IMG/VR virus record: IMGVR_UViG_3300028584_000094
Span: 1-64,000 of that record
Origin: a virus
DNA: 64,000 nucleotides
Reading direction: 5' to 3' (one strand)
The translations under genes and the position numbers were made by a program. Under the pieces are notes generated by a model. That model worked only from the letters and a program-made list of their open reading frames with translations. It was not told the origin of the DNA and did not search any database. This document shows positions 18,804-29,300 of this stretch, piece by piece (positions within the stretch are counted from its first letter, which is position 1; every line of letters starts with the position of its first letter).

Positions 18804-19180
18804 TGTCTCAACCTTTCGATGGATTTAACATTGCGAGCAAGCGACCCACTGAGTCCCTTGATCTGCGAGTCCTGTGCGTTATTCATTACCGATCTGTTCG
18901 TATCATCGAGAGCAGTTTTCATATCAACCTGTCTTCCCTGTTCTTCGATATTGTCCTCTTCGCGTTTCATTTCAAGACCACGAATAGCAGTTCTCTGATT
19001 TTTGATCTCCTGCCCCTGCTTGAGAAGATCCGAATTTCTGACATCACCACGTTTGATCTGTGCCAGTTCAGCACCTTCCTCACGCGCTTTTTTGTTTCCA
19101 CCCGCCCCCACAATACCCGTCGCGAGTTGACCAGTGACACTCACAACTCCTGTGATCGCCGCAATCGTTGTTGCTACCAT
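18800..19180 (-). CDS. small virion/internal protein with N-terminal Gly/Ala-rich hydrophobic segment
   Basis: MVATTIAAITGVVSVTGQLATGIVGAGGNKKAREEG...; paralogous in layout to the upstream 177-aa gene; ATGA overlap with the downstream gene. Confidence 0.55.
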   Translation of the reverse strand: MVATTIAAITGVVSVTGQLATGIVGAGGNKKAREEGAELAQIKRGDVRNSDLLKQGQEIKNQRTAIRGLEMKREEDNIEEQGRQVDMKTALDDTNRSVMNNAQDSQIKGLSGSLARNVKSIERLRQ

Positions 19181-19713
19181 TACTGACTCCCTTCCTGTTT
19201 CTTACTTCCAAGGAGAGACAGCATGATGTCTTTCATCCCTTGGCTCTGATTTGCCATTTCGCCGATTCTTTGTATCGACTCGTTTGTCTGATCATACTTT
19301 TTCTGACGATTCTTCAGCTCACGCAGAAACGAATCAAACTTCAATACGTTTTTACGGGCAAGATGATCGATGTCTTGACCTTCGCGCTGAATACCGACTT
19401 TTCGAGTATTTAACGTGTCCCACTCTTTTTCGGAGCGAAGTTCATCACCGCGTACTTGATCGGCGAGTTTTCTCGCTTCTTCGCGGTCTCTACGGTTACC
19501 CGCAAGACCTGCAATACCAATTCCAATATCAGCCGCCGCACCAACCGCTTCAGCACCCGCGGCAACCATCATCGACGTGTCGGTTCCAACGCGAGACGAA
19601 CTATCCCATGGACTCGTCTCATTCACTTTGGGTGTGGCTGTCGGGGTCATCATCCCTGTTCTGGTCGTTCCCCTGTTTGTGGGGATGCTTCCCCGAGTAT
19701 TTTGAGTATTCAT
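19180..19713 (-). CDS. small virion/internal protein with Gly/Ala-rich hydrophobic segment
   Basis: MMVAAGAEAVGAAADIGIGIAGLAGNRRDREEARKLADQVRGD mirrors GAGGNKKAREEGAELAQIKRGD in the 126-aa neighbour. Confidence 0.55.
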   Translation of the reverse strand: MNTQNTRGSIPTNRGTTRTGMMTPTATPKVNETSPWDSSSRVGTDTSMMVAAGAEAVGAAADIGIGIAGLAGNRRDREEARKLADQVRGDELRSEKEWDTLNTRKVGIQREGQDIDHLARKNVLKFDSFLRELKNRQKKYDQTNESIQRIGEMANQSQGMKDIMLSLLGSKKQEGSQ

Positions 19714-19723
19714 CTAATTCTCC

Positions 19724-22345
19724 TTATGACCAAGTGTTCTGCCCAGCATTGTATACATACTTTTCACCCGTTACAACATCAACAAACGTATATGAATACG
19801 CCCATGGTTTACCACCAGATTTAACAGTGTCAACGCACCGTAGAAGATCACCGGATGAGTCTTTAAACGTCGATCCTTTTCCAATCCCTTTAAGCCCAAT
19901 CGGGTAATCCTCACGATCACCAGTTCTCGTATCGGTGTTTCTTTCGTAGTTTGTTGCCGGTATACTTTCAAGCAACTGACCTCTAACCGACGCATTCATT
20001 GTTTTCCATGTGGTGTCGTCGAGGAACGTCGGAGATTCTTTCACTTTATCCTTCAACGTGGAAATTGCACCTGCATCGGTCAAGTTCAACTGAGGAGTTG
20101 CGAGTAATTTGTTCCAACCTGCGCCATCAAGTGTGGTGTAATCGATCGCAGTTTTTTTACCCGCCGCATCAACTGTGTATGGTTTACCATCGTAAACGAA
20201 GAAGTCTCCTTCTCCTTTTCCTTTTGGTGTTCCATTGGATGCTTCGTAATCGGCTTTTGCTTCTGCGAACCCTTTGAAGTTTTCGGGTTTATTAAATTTC
20301 GCACGAGCGATTCCTTCACCCGATGATGCTATGTCGTCAGTGGATAGATTGTTCTTGAATGCTTGACTCGCGGAAATTTCTGCTCCGGTTGCTTTATCAT
20401 AGAACACAGTTGACCACCCACCATCTTCATTGACTTTGAACCCTACATTGTAAATAGGAGTTTCGTCAGGTCTCGATGGCGTATACTTACTAGTGAACAT
20501 TGACCCGAGCGTGGTTGCTTTCGCGACATCGTCACCCGTTACAGCGTCGGATACAGTGTCAGCAATATAAACACCATCTTTATTCGTCACCTTAACCGAT
20601 GTGCCATCACCGTTTGAAACAACAATCTGTCCCGTTCCCGTCGTACCCGTGGTGTTTGTTGTTCCAGTGGATTTACCACTAGGATCATAAACGACATTCC
20701 CTTGACCATCTTTAAGCACGATATTATCACCAACGATCACAGCGGTTACACCACCCGTAATTCCATAGGTCTGCAACATGTTCAACGCTTTTTCAGCGGT
20801 GTTGAAATCGGCTTGAGAAATCTTACCATCACCAAGTTGACGATACAGTTCATTCATCGAGTCGTTGTATGAAACTTCGTTCGCGGTCATGACAAATTCT
20901 TTTGCTTTCCCGTTCACGTATCCTTTCATGCTTTCGGTGATGCTCGCGTCAACTGTTCCATTTTGCCATGCGTTGATGAACTCAGCTTGGTCTTTATATT
21001 GACCAACTTCACCACCGTTAGCATACCAGTATGCAGACAGTGCGTTCAGTTCCATCCCTTTATCCTTGAACTCGAGACCACCGTTTTTAGTTGCTTCACC
21101 CTGTTTGAAGAAATTGAGTTCTTTCCCGCCAGTTGATTTGTCATCCATGAACTGATCAGCACCAAACGCGGAAATGTATTCACCCATGTTCGCAAGTGAA
21201 TCATCGCGTTTTGAATCAAACTCCATCAGACGAAGATCGGTGAAGTCAAGAGATTTCCACCACGTTTCAAGTTCTGCTTTCGACGCCTCGTCGGTTCCAA
21301 AACCATTGATCCCCGCGAATAGTTCTTGCGCCTTGGTGACACCCTCTTCTGATGTGAGATCAAGATATTTAAGAGACTCCGTGAAATTCTCCATGTTCTG
21401 CGCCACGGTAACGCTTCTGCGTTGGGCGATTTGGGAATCAATGTCTTTCATTTGTGCTTCGAGTTGTTCCTTGCTGAGATCGTGCTGTGCGAGGAATTGT
21501 TCATCCTGCAACATGAGTTTCGCCCAGTTAAGATCTTGATCAGACTTCCCGAACTCTTCAGTCAGCATCCGGTCGATAACCTCAAGACCGAACCCACGTT
21601 GTTGAAGTTCGAGTGCGCGTTCTTTATAAGCGGCATCGATGTTCATACCCTGCTGTTCGAGAAGTTTGGCTTTCTCAAACCACTTGTCCTCAAGTTGCAT
21701 CTTCTCTTCAGCCTGTTCCATCGAGCGACCAGATAACGCCATCGATGCGAGATCCTTTGTCGCCACTGCCTGACGCTCCGCACGCTGAACAGCCAATTGA
21801 CCAAGGAGATCGGTTTGAGCCGCTTCCTGTGTTCTGTTCGCCATTTGTTGTTGCATGAGTATCTGACTCTTTGACATTCCAAGCTGTGCCGCTTGTTGCA
21901 TCATCGCCTGTTTGTCTGCTCCTTGGGTGGCTTTCTGGTCCATTGATGCAGTGCGGGAAATTTGATCCATCGCCTTATCAGTTCCATGAGCCGCAGAACC
22001 CTGTAGATTGAGTGCATCAAAGAAAGCAGATTTGGTCTGAGATCCCTGTTTCGTTGGATCGTACCGATCAAAGTTATTCATGGCATCTGCACGACCGAAA
22101 TCACCCGGTTTAACATTGTTCGACGGATTTGATTGACCCCAAACAGTTTCTAGTTTTTTGTTAATAGGGTCGAGGTTCATCCCCGATTGTGTGTATTTGC
22201 CAGATGTGTAACCTGCGTAGTCAAACCCTGCGACATTATTGTCTTTTTTATTCGTATCTGTTCCATCTGGGAGCACTGGTGTTGTTGCTCCCCCTGTCTG
22301 CGTTCCCGGCTTCCACGGATTCACGCCCGGATTGTAAATTGCCAT
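19724..22345 (-). CDS. virion structural/internal protein (hypothetical)
   Basis: 873-aa ORF with a Q-rich coiled-coil-like N-terminal third and a T/G-rich linker TGTTNTTGTTGTG. Confidence 0.6.
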   Translation of the reverse strand: MAIYNPGVNPWKPGTQTGGATTPVLPDGTDTNKKDNNVAGFDYAGYTSGKYTQSGMNLDPINKKLETVWGQSNPSNNVKPGDFGRADAMNNFDRYDPTKQGSQTKSAFFDALNLQGSAAHGTDKAMDQISRTASMDQKATQGADKQAMMQQAAQLGMSKSQILMQQQMANRTQEAAQTDLLGQLAVQRAERQAVATKDLASMALSGRSMEQAEEKMQLEDKWFEKAKLLEQQGMNIDAAYKERALELQQRGFGLEVIDRMLTEEFGKSDQDLNWAKLMLQDEQFLAQHDLSKEQLEAQMKDIDSQIAQRRSVTVAQNMENFTESLKYLDLTSEEGVTKAQELFAGINGFGTDEASKAELETWWKSLDFTDLRLMEFDSKRDDSLANMGEYISAFGADQFMDDKSTGGKELNFFKQGEATKNGGLEFKDKGMELNALSAYWYANGGEVGQYKDQAEFINAWQNGTVDASITESMKGYVNGKAKEFVMTANEVSYNDSMNELYRQLGDGKISQADFNTAEKALNMLQTYGITGGVTAVIVGDNIVLKDGQGNVVYDPSGKSTGTTNTTGTTGTGQIVVSNGDGTSVKVTNKDGVYIADTVSDAVTGDDVAKATTLGSMFTSKYTPSRPDETPIYNVGFKVNEDGGWSTVFYDKATGAEISASQAFKNNLSTDDIASSGEGIARAKFNKPENFKGFAEAKADYEASNGTPKGKGEGDFFVYDGKPYTVDAAGKKTAIDYTTLDGAGWNKLLATPQLNLTDAGAISTLKDKVKESPTFLDDTTWKTMNASVRGQLLESIPATNYERNTDTRTGDREDYPIGLKGIGKGSTFKDSSGDLLRCVDTVKSGGKPWAYSYTFVDVVTGEKYVYNAGQNTWS

Positions 22346-22347
22346 TA

Positions 22348-22530
22348 TTATCTCCGAACCGAACGCTCAACGCGTTTCATTAAGTTTTGCATTTGCAGAG
22401 AAATGTTCGAAACCTCTTCATCAAGTCTACGACTCAGCCGAGCATTCTCGTTTTTTCTCGCAGTGTTTTCAGACTCAAGATAGTTTATTTTTGTCTCAAG
22501 TCGTGCTATTCTATCACCCATTTCACTCAT
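22348..22530 (-). CDS. hypothetical coiled-coil protein
   Basis: 60-aa ORF with heptad-like IARLETKINYLESENTARKNENARLSRRLDEE, tightly packed between its neighbours. Confidence 0.45.
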   Translation of the reverse strand: MSEMGDRIARLETKINYLESENTARKNENARLSRRLDEEVSNISLQMQNLMKRVERSVRR

Positions 22531-23804
22531 TCGATATACCCCGGTAGAAATTTTTCACCTCTGTTAAGGAACACATCATGAATATAATTCTCGAAATGTT
22601 TTTCGTTTGTCACTGTCGACATAAAACATCGAAGATCAAACACGATAAATCCAACTGGTAATGTCACCACCGACACAGATGTAATATCAACCAAATGAAG
22701 ATCCCAATTGGTCGTTGTAATGTTTCCAACGAACGGATCCGGTAGAGCAGTTAAAACCCCATCAAGAAGAATATTACTATCAACGTCGTGTTTTCTCCAC
22801 AACACCATCAACGTGTCGTCGGCGGTGTCGATGTCGAGTGGTGTTGAAAGGAGGAAAGCAGAATTTTCATACAGATCTGCGCCGTTCGTTGATGAACCAG
22901 TGATCAGCAATGTGTCCCCGGTTGATCTATTTGAATCATATCCGGGACGAGTAAACCACTTTGTTGCGGTTGACATGTACAACTGGAACGATCGATCCTC
23001 AACGATAACATCATTTGCGTATCGTGCGGTGTCGGACACTTTACAAGTTGTTTCGATCCCTTCAACTCTAAAACCAGAATGACTAAACTCGAGACCGATT
23101 TGGAAGAAGTCATACATCGCCTTATGCGAGAACAGTACTTCTGAGTCTTGGTTTATATCTGCGATCCGTTCCGTTTGAACCGGTCTACCTTCATTGATTA
23201 AATGAGCATCAACACTGATTCGGTCCGTTGGCTGGTAATCACCGTCGATCAATCGAATGTCAGAATAAGTCTCTTCATGTTTTATTTTGAATTTACGGGA
23301 AGACCCACGCATTTCCGGTGTTATGATCAATGCTCGAATTGGGTAACCATCCGGATCGTCCGGGTGACCAACCATGTCTCGGTAAAGATCATGATCAACA
23401 CCAAACGATTTCTTCTGATTCATTACGAATGGTAAGCCAGTGTCGAAGTCGAAACATATCTTAATACGATCATCACCAACATTAAGAACCGGCATCGCGG
23501 CTCTCGTCTCTGGAAACAACCAATTATCACCAGAAAATTCCACCCATCCCGAACCAGTTGTGTCGCTGTTACCATAAATAAGACATTGACGATCACGATT
23601 AACACCGTAGCTAAACAGTGTTTCCGCAAAACCAAACACGTTGATGTAATCTGTTTTGGTCACTTGTCGCGTGTTGCCAAACTCATCCCACACCTTCAGA
23701 GTGACATCATAAAACCCAGGTCTTCTGTAGATGTGGAAAGGGGACGGTAAAGCAGATTCTTCACCGTCCCCAAAATCCCACAGCCACCGTACTATTGACG
23801 GCAT
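22527..23804 (-). CDS. PKD-domain virion protein
   Basis: N-terminal WLWDFGDGEESALPSPFHIYRRPGFYDVTLKVWDEFGN is a textbook PKD signature (WDFGDG...Y...G.Y.V.L.V.D). Confidence 0.65.
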   Translation of the reverse strand: MPSIVRWLWDFGDGEESALPSPFHIYRRPGFYDVTLKVWDEFGNTRQVTKTDYINVFGFAETLFSYGVNRDRQCLIYGNSDTTGSGWVEFSGDNWLFPETRAAMPVLNVGDDRIKICFDFDTGLPFVMNQKKSFGVDHDLYRDMVGHPDDPDGYPIRALIITPEMRGSSRKFKIKHEETYSDIRLIDGDYQPTDRISVDAHLINEGRPVQTERIADINQDSEVLFSHKAMYDFFQIGLEFSHSGFRVEGIETTCKVSDTARYANDVIVEDRSFQLYMSTATKWFTRPGYDSNRSTGDTLLITGSSTNGADLYENSAFLLSTPLDIDTADDTLMVLWRKHDVDSNILLDGVLTALPDPFVGNITTTNWDLHLVDITSVSVVTLPVGFIVFDLRCFMSTVTNEKHFENYIHDVFLNRGEKFLPGYIE

Positions 23805-23815
23805 ACTGTCTCCTT

Positions 23816-24034
23816 TTATTTGTCTTCTTTGATAGACACAGAACTTGATTCAAGTTCAGCGATACGAACATTCGCGGCGGCAAGTTCGGCACGAAGTGAT
23901 ACGTTTTCTGCTGAAATTTTTTCAATGTATTCGTTCCCTTTTTTGATCTCACCGTCAAGATGAACGATAGTTGATTTCATACCAACGATAGTTTCAACTG
24001 TTTCGGCAACCGAGTCATTTAATGACTTTCCCAT
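23816..24034 (-). CDS. hypothetical coiled-coil protein
   Basis: 72-aa ORF with SD GGAGAG upstream of the ATG at 24034. Confidence 0.5.
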   Translation of the reverse strand: MGKSLNDSVAETVETIVGMKSTIVHLDGEIKKGNEYIEKISAENVSLRAELAAANVRIAELESSSVSIKEDK

Positions 24035-24103
24035 AGCACTCTCCTTCGAGTTTGTTTATAATTGTCCAAATAAAATACAATAAAAACTTTCGAAATGTTA
24101 CCT

Positions 24104-24904
24104 TTAGTAAATTTCCGTGTATCTTTTTTCCACATATTTCTTGAAAGACTCAAAACTTACATACATATCACCATACTCCATAAACATAGCCGAGATCGCC
24201 AAGTCTCTCGCAGACACCACTTCGAAGAAATAATTCGAGATCCCGCTTAATGTGTTCGATGATTCTCCCATGGCAAATTCTGACACGTAAGTCGAGTGAG
24301 CAATGGTAAACACCCACTCCTGTTTAATGTAGTTACTCGTCAACGTCATCAAATAAATAGACCGTTCGAACACGTCTTCACGAAACGCATCGCTTTTCTC
24401 CTGTATTATCCGTGGGGTGTCTCCTTTTGATGGTAGTGGAAGGAATGAATTTTTGAACACGAGCCTAACCATCTCATGCCCAGCTACTTCGCCAATACCA
24501 CGTTCGATAAGAAGTTTGTACAACGCCTGTTTTTCTTCCACGTTGTCTTCTTTGTTCGGGTAATACTTTTCACAGAACGAATTAAAAGATTTTACGTAAC
24601 GTGCTGTGAGAGATGTAAGTAACCGTGTCTTTCGTTCCTTCGCAATGTCGCGCAGGGACTTAAACTCGTCATGGATGCGAGACTCTAGTTTGTCGGCTCT
24701 TAGCTCGAGTCTGAGACTTTCAATCTCTTTTTTGATAAACTCCATGTTTGCATCGGTTTTTTTACGCCACGCAAACTTCCCAATTGTAAAAGAGTTTCCA
24801 AACGACACTACGATTGTGAGACCGATGAGGAAAACAATCGAGAGTAAAATCAGATCAACCGTTGTGATACCATCTTTTCCAAACAAGAAGTTTATATTGT
24901 CCAC
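24104..24904 (-). CDS. membrane-anchored protein of unknown function (insulated, lower-GC cassette)
   Basis: 266 aa, GTG start, one N-terminal TM helix (VDLILLSIVFLIGLTIVVSF). An intrinsic terminator lies directly upstream and an AT-rich spacer downstream. Confidence 0.5.
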   Translation of the reverse strand: MDNINFLFGKDGITTVDLILLSIVFLIGLTIVVSFGNSFTIGKFAWRKKTDANMEFIKKEIESLRLELRADKLESRIHDEFKSLRDIAKERKTRLLTSLTARYVKSFNSFCEKYYPNKEDNVEEKQALYKLLIERGIGEVAGHEMVRLVFKNSFLPLPSKGDTPRIIQEKSDAFREDVFERSIYLMTLTSNYIKQEWVFTIAHSTYVSEFAMGESSNTLSGISNYFFEVVSARDLAISAMFMEYGDMYVSFESFKKYVEKRYTEIY

Positions 24905-24920
24905 AACATCTCACATTTCT

Positions 24921-24955
24921 GATAAAAATTAAGCCCGTCAACCAACGAGCTTAAT
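24921..24955 (-). terminator. intrinsic terminator after the lysin genes
   Basis: On the - strand: AUUAAGC - 14-nt loop - GCUUAAU followed by UUUUAUC. Confidence 0.5.
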
Positions 24956-24965
24956 ATACAACGTG

Positions 24966-25490
24966 TTAATTGTCTTCCGACGCATGCCTTAGATTTTCAG
25001 CAACCCGACGCATCCATCCTTTACCGTGCAACTGAAACGTGCTAACCGTTGTGAATAATCTGATTCGTTCAGCTAAGAACAGCATCAAAAGATCACTAAC
25101 ATCGCGTTTCATCACCGCTTCCAGTGTTTTAGGACCAATCACGCCATCATCGACAACATCAACCGCTCTCTGAAGTAGTTTAACCGTTGGAAAGAAACCA
25201 TGGTTAAGCGCGGAATCGAACACTTGGAACGAAAGAGATTTTCCAAACCGACCCATTGAGAACTTGTCCCACCAGTCTCGTTTGTAAATTTCTTTCGCCT
25301 GTGTTACCGTTAAATTGGCGATGTCAAGATTTGGATATGTCATTGCTGAGATACCAAACTTGGTTCCTTTCAACACGCCATGACCAACACGCCCACTTGT
25401 CCAGTTTCCGCGATCTGTCGGATCAGCTGTGAACCCGCCTTCGTTACCGATGACACGTTCAAACGATTTTTCGAAACTATTCATAAACAA
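24966..25490 (-). CDS. endolysin, GH108 lysozyme-like N-domain plus PG_binding_3-like C-domain
   Basis: FERVIGNEGGFTADPTDRGNWTSG...KGTKFGIS...AKEIYKRDWWD (GH108 pattern) and a C-terminal DGVIGPKTLEAV peptidoglycan-binding pattern. Confidence 0.75.
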   Translation of the reverse strand: MFMNSFEKSFERVIGNEGGFTADPTDRGNWTSGRVGHGVLKGTKFGISAMTYPNLDIANLTVTQAKEIYKRDWWDKFSMGRFGKSLSFQVFDSALNHGFFPTVKLLQRAVDVVDDGVIGPKTLEAVMKRDVSDLLMLFLAERIRLFTTVSTFQLHGKGWMRRVAENLRHASEDN

Positions 25491-25998
25491 CCTCGATTGA
25501 ATCTTTCAGACTTTTGATATCGTTGAAGATGTCGTTCGGTGAAAACATTGAACGAGATATTGTCGGATATGCCCCGACATATCGAAGAACGTAAACAACG
25601 TATTCCGAACAGTAGAATTTTTCTGGACAATCTGTTTTACCGGTTATGAACCCCATAACCCCGCGCCAGTCGTACTCAATCTGTTTGCGTCGATCAAGTG
25701 CTATCCGCTGTTGAAGACGTTCAATTTTATCATCGGTCATGCGACCAAGTCGCCAAATTGAGTGTATCGTTTTTCGTTTTGATTTCCGATACGACTCAAG
25801 CGACGACACCACAAGACCATCGTTCAACATTTCCGCGATTAGTTTCTGTCCGTAAAAATCTATCACGATTCCTATATGGGACGGATACCCATGATTTGAC
25901 CCGCTTGTTATGCGTTGGATAACACGCGCCACTAAAGAAGATCCCGTGGTGAACACGAGATCTCCCGCTTTAAGGGTTTCATATTTCAGCGGTGTCAT
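25477..25998 (-). CDS. permuted papain-fold (YiiX/C92-like, NlpC/P60 clan) peptidase, second lysin candidate
   Basis: GDLVFTTGSSLVARVIQRIT...YPSHIGIVID...CSEYVVYVL matches the YiiX-like H...C arrangement. Confidence 0.5.
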   Translation of the reverse strand: MTPLKYETLKAGDLVFTTGSSLVARVIQRITSGSNHGYPSHIGIVIDFYGQKLIAEMLNDGLVVSSLESYRKSKRKTIHSIWRLGRMTDDKIERLQQRIALDRRKQIEYDWRGVMGFITGKTDCPEKFYCSEYVVYVLRYVGAYPTISRSMFSPNDIFNDIKSLKDSIEVVYE

Positions 25999-26300
25999 TG
26001 GTTCACCACCGTATGCCAGTTATCCGCTATTGTTGCGTGGAATGTATATGCTTGTTGCATCTGTTCAACAGTAACAATACCTCTTTGAATGGCCTCTTGA
26101 ACTGATAGCGTTTCTAACATTCCATCATACCATTTACCACTCTTTTCATGCAGTGATAACCATAGAATATCCATCTTCCAATCCCCTTGCGGGGAAGCAA
26201 TATCCATTGGTTGTAAGCGGATCTCTTTGATTCTCATTAGTTCGTCATATTGATTAAGTCTCATCTTAAAACTCCTTTTATTAAATTGTTTATTGTACAC
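25995..26300 (-). CDS. hypothetical protein (possible tail-fiber accessory protein, by position)
   Basis: 101-aa ORF that overlaps the 3' end of the tail-fiber gene. The start may be the internal Met at 26262. Confidence 0.45.
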   Translation of the reverse strand: MYNKQFNKRSFKMRLNQYDELMRIKEIRLQPMDIASPQGDWKMDILWLSLHEKSGKWYDGMLETLSVQEAIQRGIVTVEQMQQAYTFHATIADNWHTVVNQ

Positions 26301-29300
26301 GCTGAATATGTAATTTGGAGTTAGTATAAGAGCCTACATCTATGATAACTTGCGTAGGCATCACTCCAGCACCTTGTTTTTTGTCTCCCCAGAAACGGTC
26401 AGAAACTCGACCGGTAGAATTAATGCCAGTAACAGTACCTTGAACTTGGATCATATTATTATTAGTGTTATACGTTATTGATATATCAACAAAGTATTGA
26501 CCTGATTCACAATTCAAATTATTACTTGTCCAGTCTTGAGAACCAGTAGTAACTAACGGTGTTGACGGGGTACTAATTGAGAATGACTCTGTTATCTTAG
26601 CAAAATAAATTGAATTATTGAAAGATAATAGGTTAGTATCCGCTAACAGTGACAATCTTCCAAAAATTCTATATGTAAACCCATTAGTGAATGTAAGTGT
26701 GCTGGTTCCTGTTGTTAATATAGTTGGATTATAAAGACCTAAACTGTTTAAATCATTAAAGTTTGTTAACGTTGTCTCAAAGCCACTAGTCGCTAATTTA
26801 GTTTCAGTTGAAACAGTATCTCTAATACTACCATCTCTTCTGAAATACAATTTAGGAGCAGTTGAGGAATCTAACCCAGAACCAGCAATACCAGTTCCAT
26901 ACATATACATAATTGCACCATTATTGGCATCAGTTAACGGCATTGTCAAGTCTGTAGCATAGCCTGCACTTGCTCTTACATTCCAAATAGACCCATTTTT
27001 AGCATGGTTGCTTGTAAGAATGGTAGCACCAACACCATTAAATATTGTGGAAGTAGTATTACCTTGTAATGCTTTAATTGTTGTTGAAATATCGACTATA
27101 TCAAACCATGAACTGAAGTTGGTCAAGTCAGTTGCAAGTGGTTGGTAACGAATATCACCTATGGATTTAACATCACCAAAGTTAGCCAATATTGCATTAT
27201 CGGCAAGAGCTGTTTTTGCTGCAGTTGACATTACATCGAGTAATGCCCCTGCTGGAGTAATAGTCAATGCTGTTATATCACCTGCCGCCTCAGTGTTATG
27301 AGTTATAACCCTTAGACCAATCTGATTCCCGAATGAAGTGGTAAACGCTTCTACTCTCGATCTTCGATTCACTGTCATTGTATTATTAGCCCAAAAGTTA
27401 ATTCCTCCCAACGGAAGATTTGAACCTACCGCCACATCTGGGCGGATGTTTAGAGCGCGATCCCCAAGTGAGTCTGTATACTGCCACACCGACATTTTTG
27501 AAAAAGTTTTCACACCAGCAACAGATTGATCGGTTGTCAAATTCACTGCGTTTGTATCAATCCCACTTCTTGATAAACTTGTTAGCTTAGTAGCTCCGCC
27601 ACCAATAACTACATTACCACTTGTGAGGGCAGTATCAATATAACCACCAGTTGTTATGACATTGGTAGTTGTTGCACCTGTATCAGTTACCAATTGTAAG
27701 TCAGGTGTTGTACCTGGTACAGTGGTAGATAAATTCTGCTGTCTATTTCCTATAATTTCTTGAACACTTACTAATTGAGCTTTACCAATTTGAGTATTAC
27801 TTGATTTTACAAAATATGTTAATTTCAAGAATGTATTAACTTCCTGGAGATTTAATTTCTTGAAAACAGGACAGTCATTACCCACTAGAGCACTTATAGC
27901 ATTAGATAGAGCTAGAGTATCACTAGCATTTGGTTTATTCCATTGTTGATATCCAGATGCTAAGAAATAACGATAAGATTCATCTAAGAAAGTTCCTGCT
28001 AACAAATACATATTGAAATATGTTCCGTTTATGACAGGAATGATCTCAGCAATTCCTCCACCAACAGTTGTTACTTGTTTTGTTGGATATGTAGTTCCAA
28101 CATTATACCCATGAGCATTGGTACTCACAAACGCAATATCGCCTACGGCATCAACTTGTATCTGCGAAAGTGTTTGGATTTCAGTTTTAGTTCTTGTATT
28201 CATGCTGATATCTTCATCTTGAACAACTACAGAGCTAAGCGAATAGCTATTAGATGCATCAGTAGTACCATTTAAAGTAAATCCAGCAATTATTGGTTTA
28301 GTTCTTAGAATAGTTCCTTCTGAATAATGAGCCGCATTTGTTGCCGCGGCATTTCTATAATGTCTATGACGTTCATCAAATGCTTTACTAATTCCGCCAT
28401 TTTTATGAACAATAATTGCAATAGGAGAAACGATTAGCTGATTCCAAGTAGTAGTTGAACCACTTATACCACCAGCTGAGTTCATTGAGACGAAATATAT
28501 TCCACTAGCTAATCCTGTTGTGTCAAACATCGGAGTAGTTGGAATAGTGTATTTAACCCCTGTTTGGTCATATATAGTTGTTGGTGCACTGAAATATAAC
28601 TCACCAGTAACTTCATCATAAATCAGATCAGATTCGTAGTTAGTTCCATCGTGATATACACCATGATAAGGTTGCTTATTGTTTGTTATATTGGTGGTCT
28701 CGGTTTTAGAATAAACGTCAATAACAGTACGAGCCTGTGTTGCCGTAAGATCTTCTGGGTCACCTGTTCCCGCTGTAGTTCTACCCTTAATTGTTGCAGT
28801 AGCCATGTTTGCAAGTTTTGCATTCGATACAACATCATTAGCAATAGTTAAAGCAGTTGCACCAGTAACATCACCTGTATGGGTGGCATTAGTTGTAACA
28901 TCCCCAACATACAATATATCACCGTCAGTAACCGCAGTATTGAACTGAGCTTTAGTTCCTGTAATCCCAACAATTGAAGTCTGATCACCACTGTTAGTTC
29001 CTGTAAGATTCAACATGGTTTTAACTGTAGAAACAGACAAATCTTCTACATTCCCTGTTCCTGCGGTGTTTCTACCTTTTATAGTAGTAGTGGCAACTTG
29101 GGAGAGTTTTGAGTTATCAACCGCGTTGGTTGCAATTGTTGTTGCGAAAGAACCTGTCCCAGACCCTGTAACATTTCCCGTAAGGGTAATGGTTTGATCT
29201 CCACTATTAGTTCCTGTTAAACCTAAATCAGTTTTAAGAGTTGCTAATGTTTGAACTTCGGGATCACCTGTTGATGCGGTTTTACGATAGAATACTGTTG

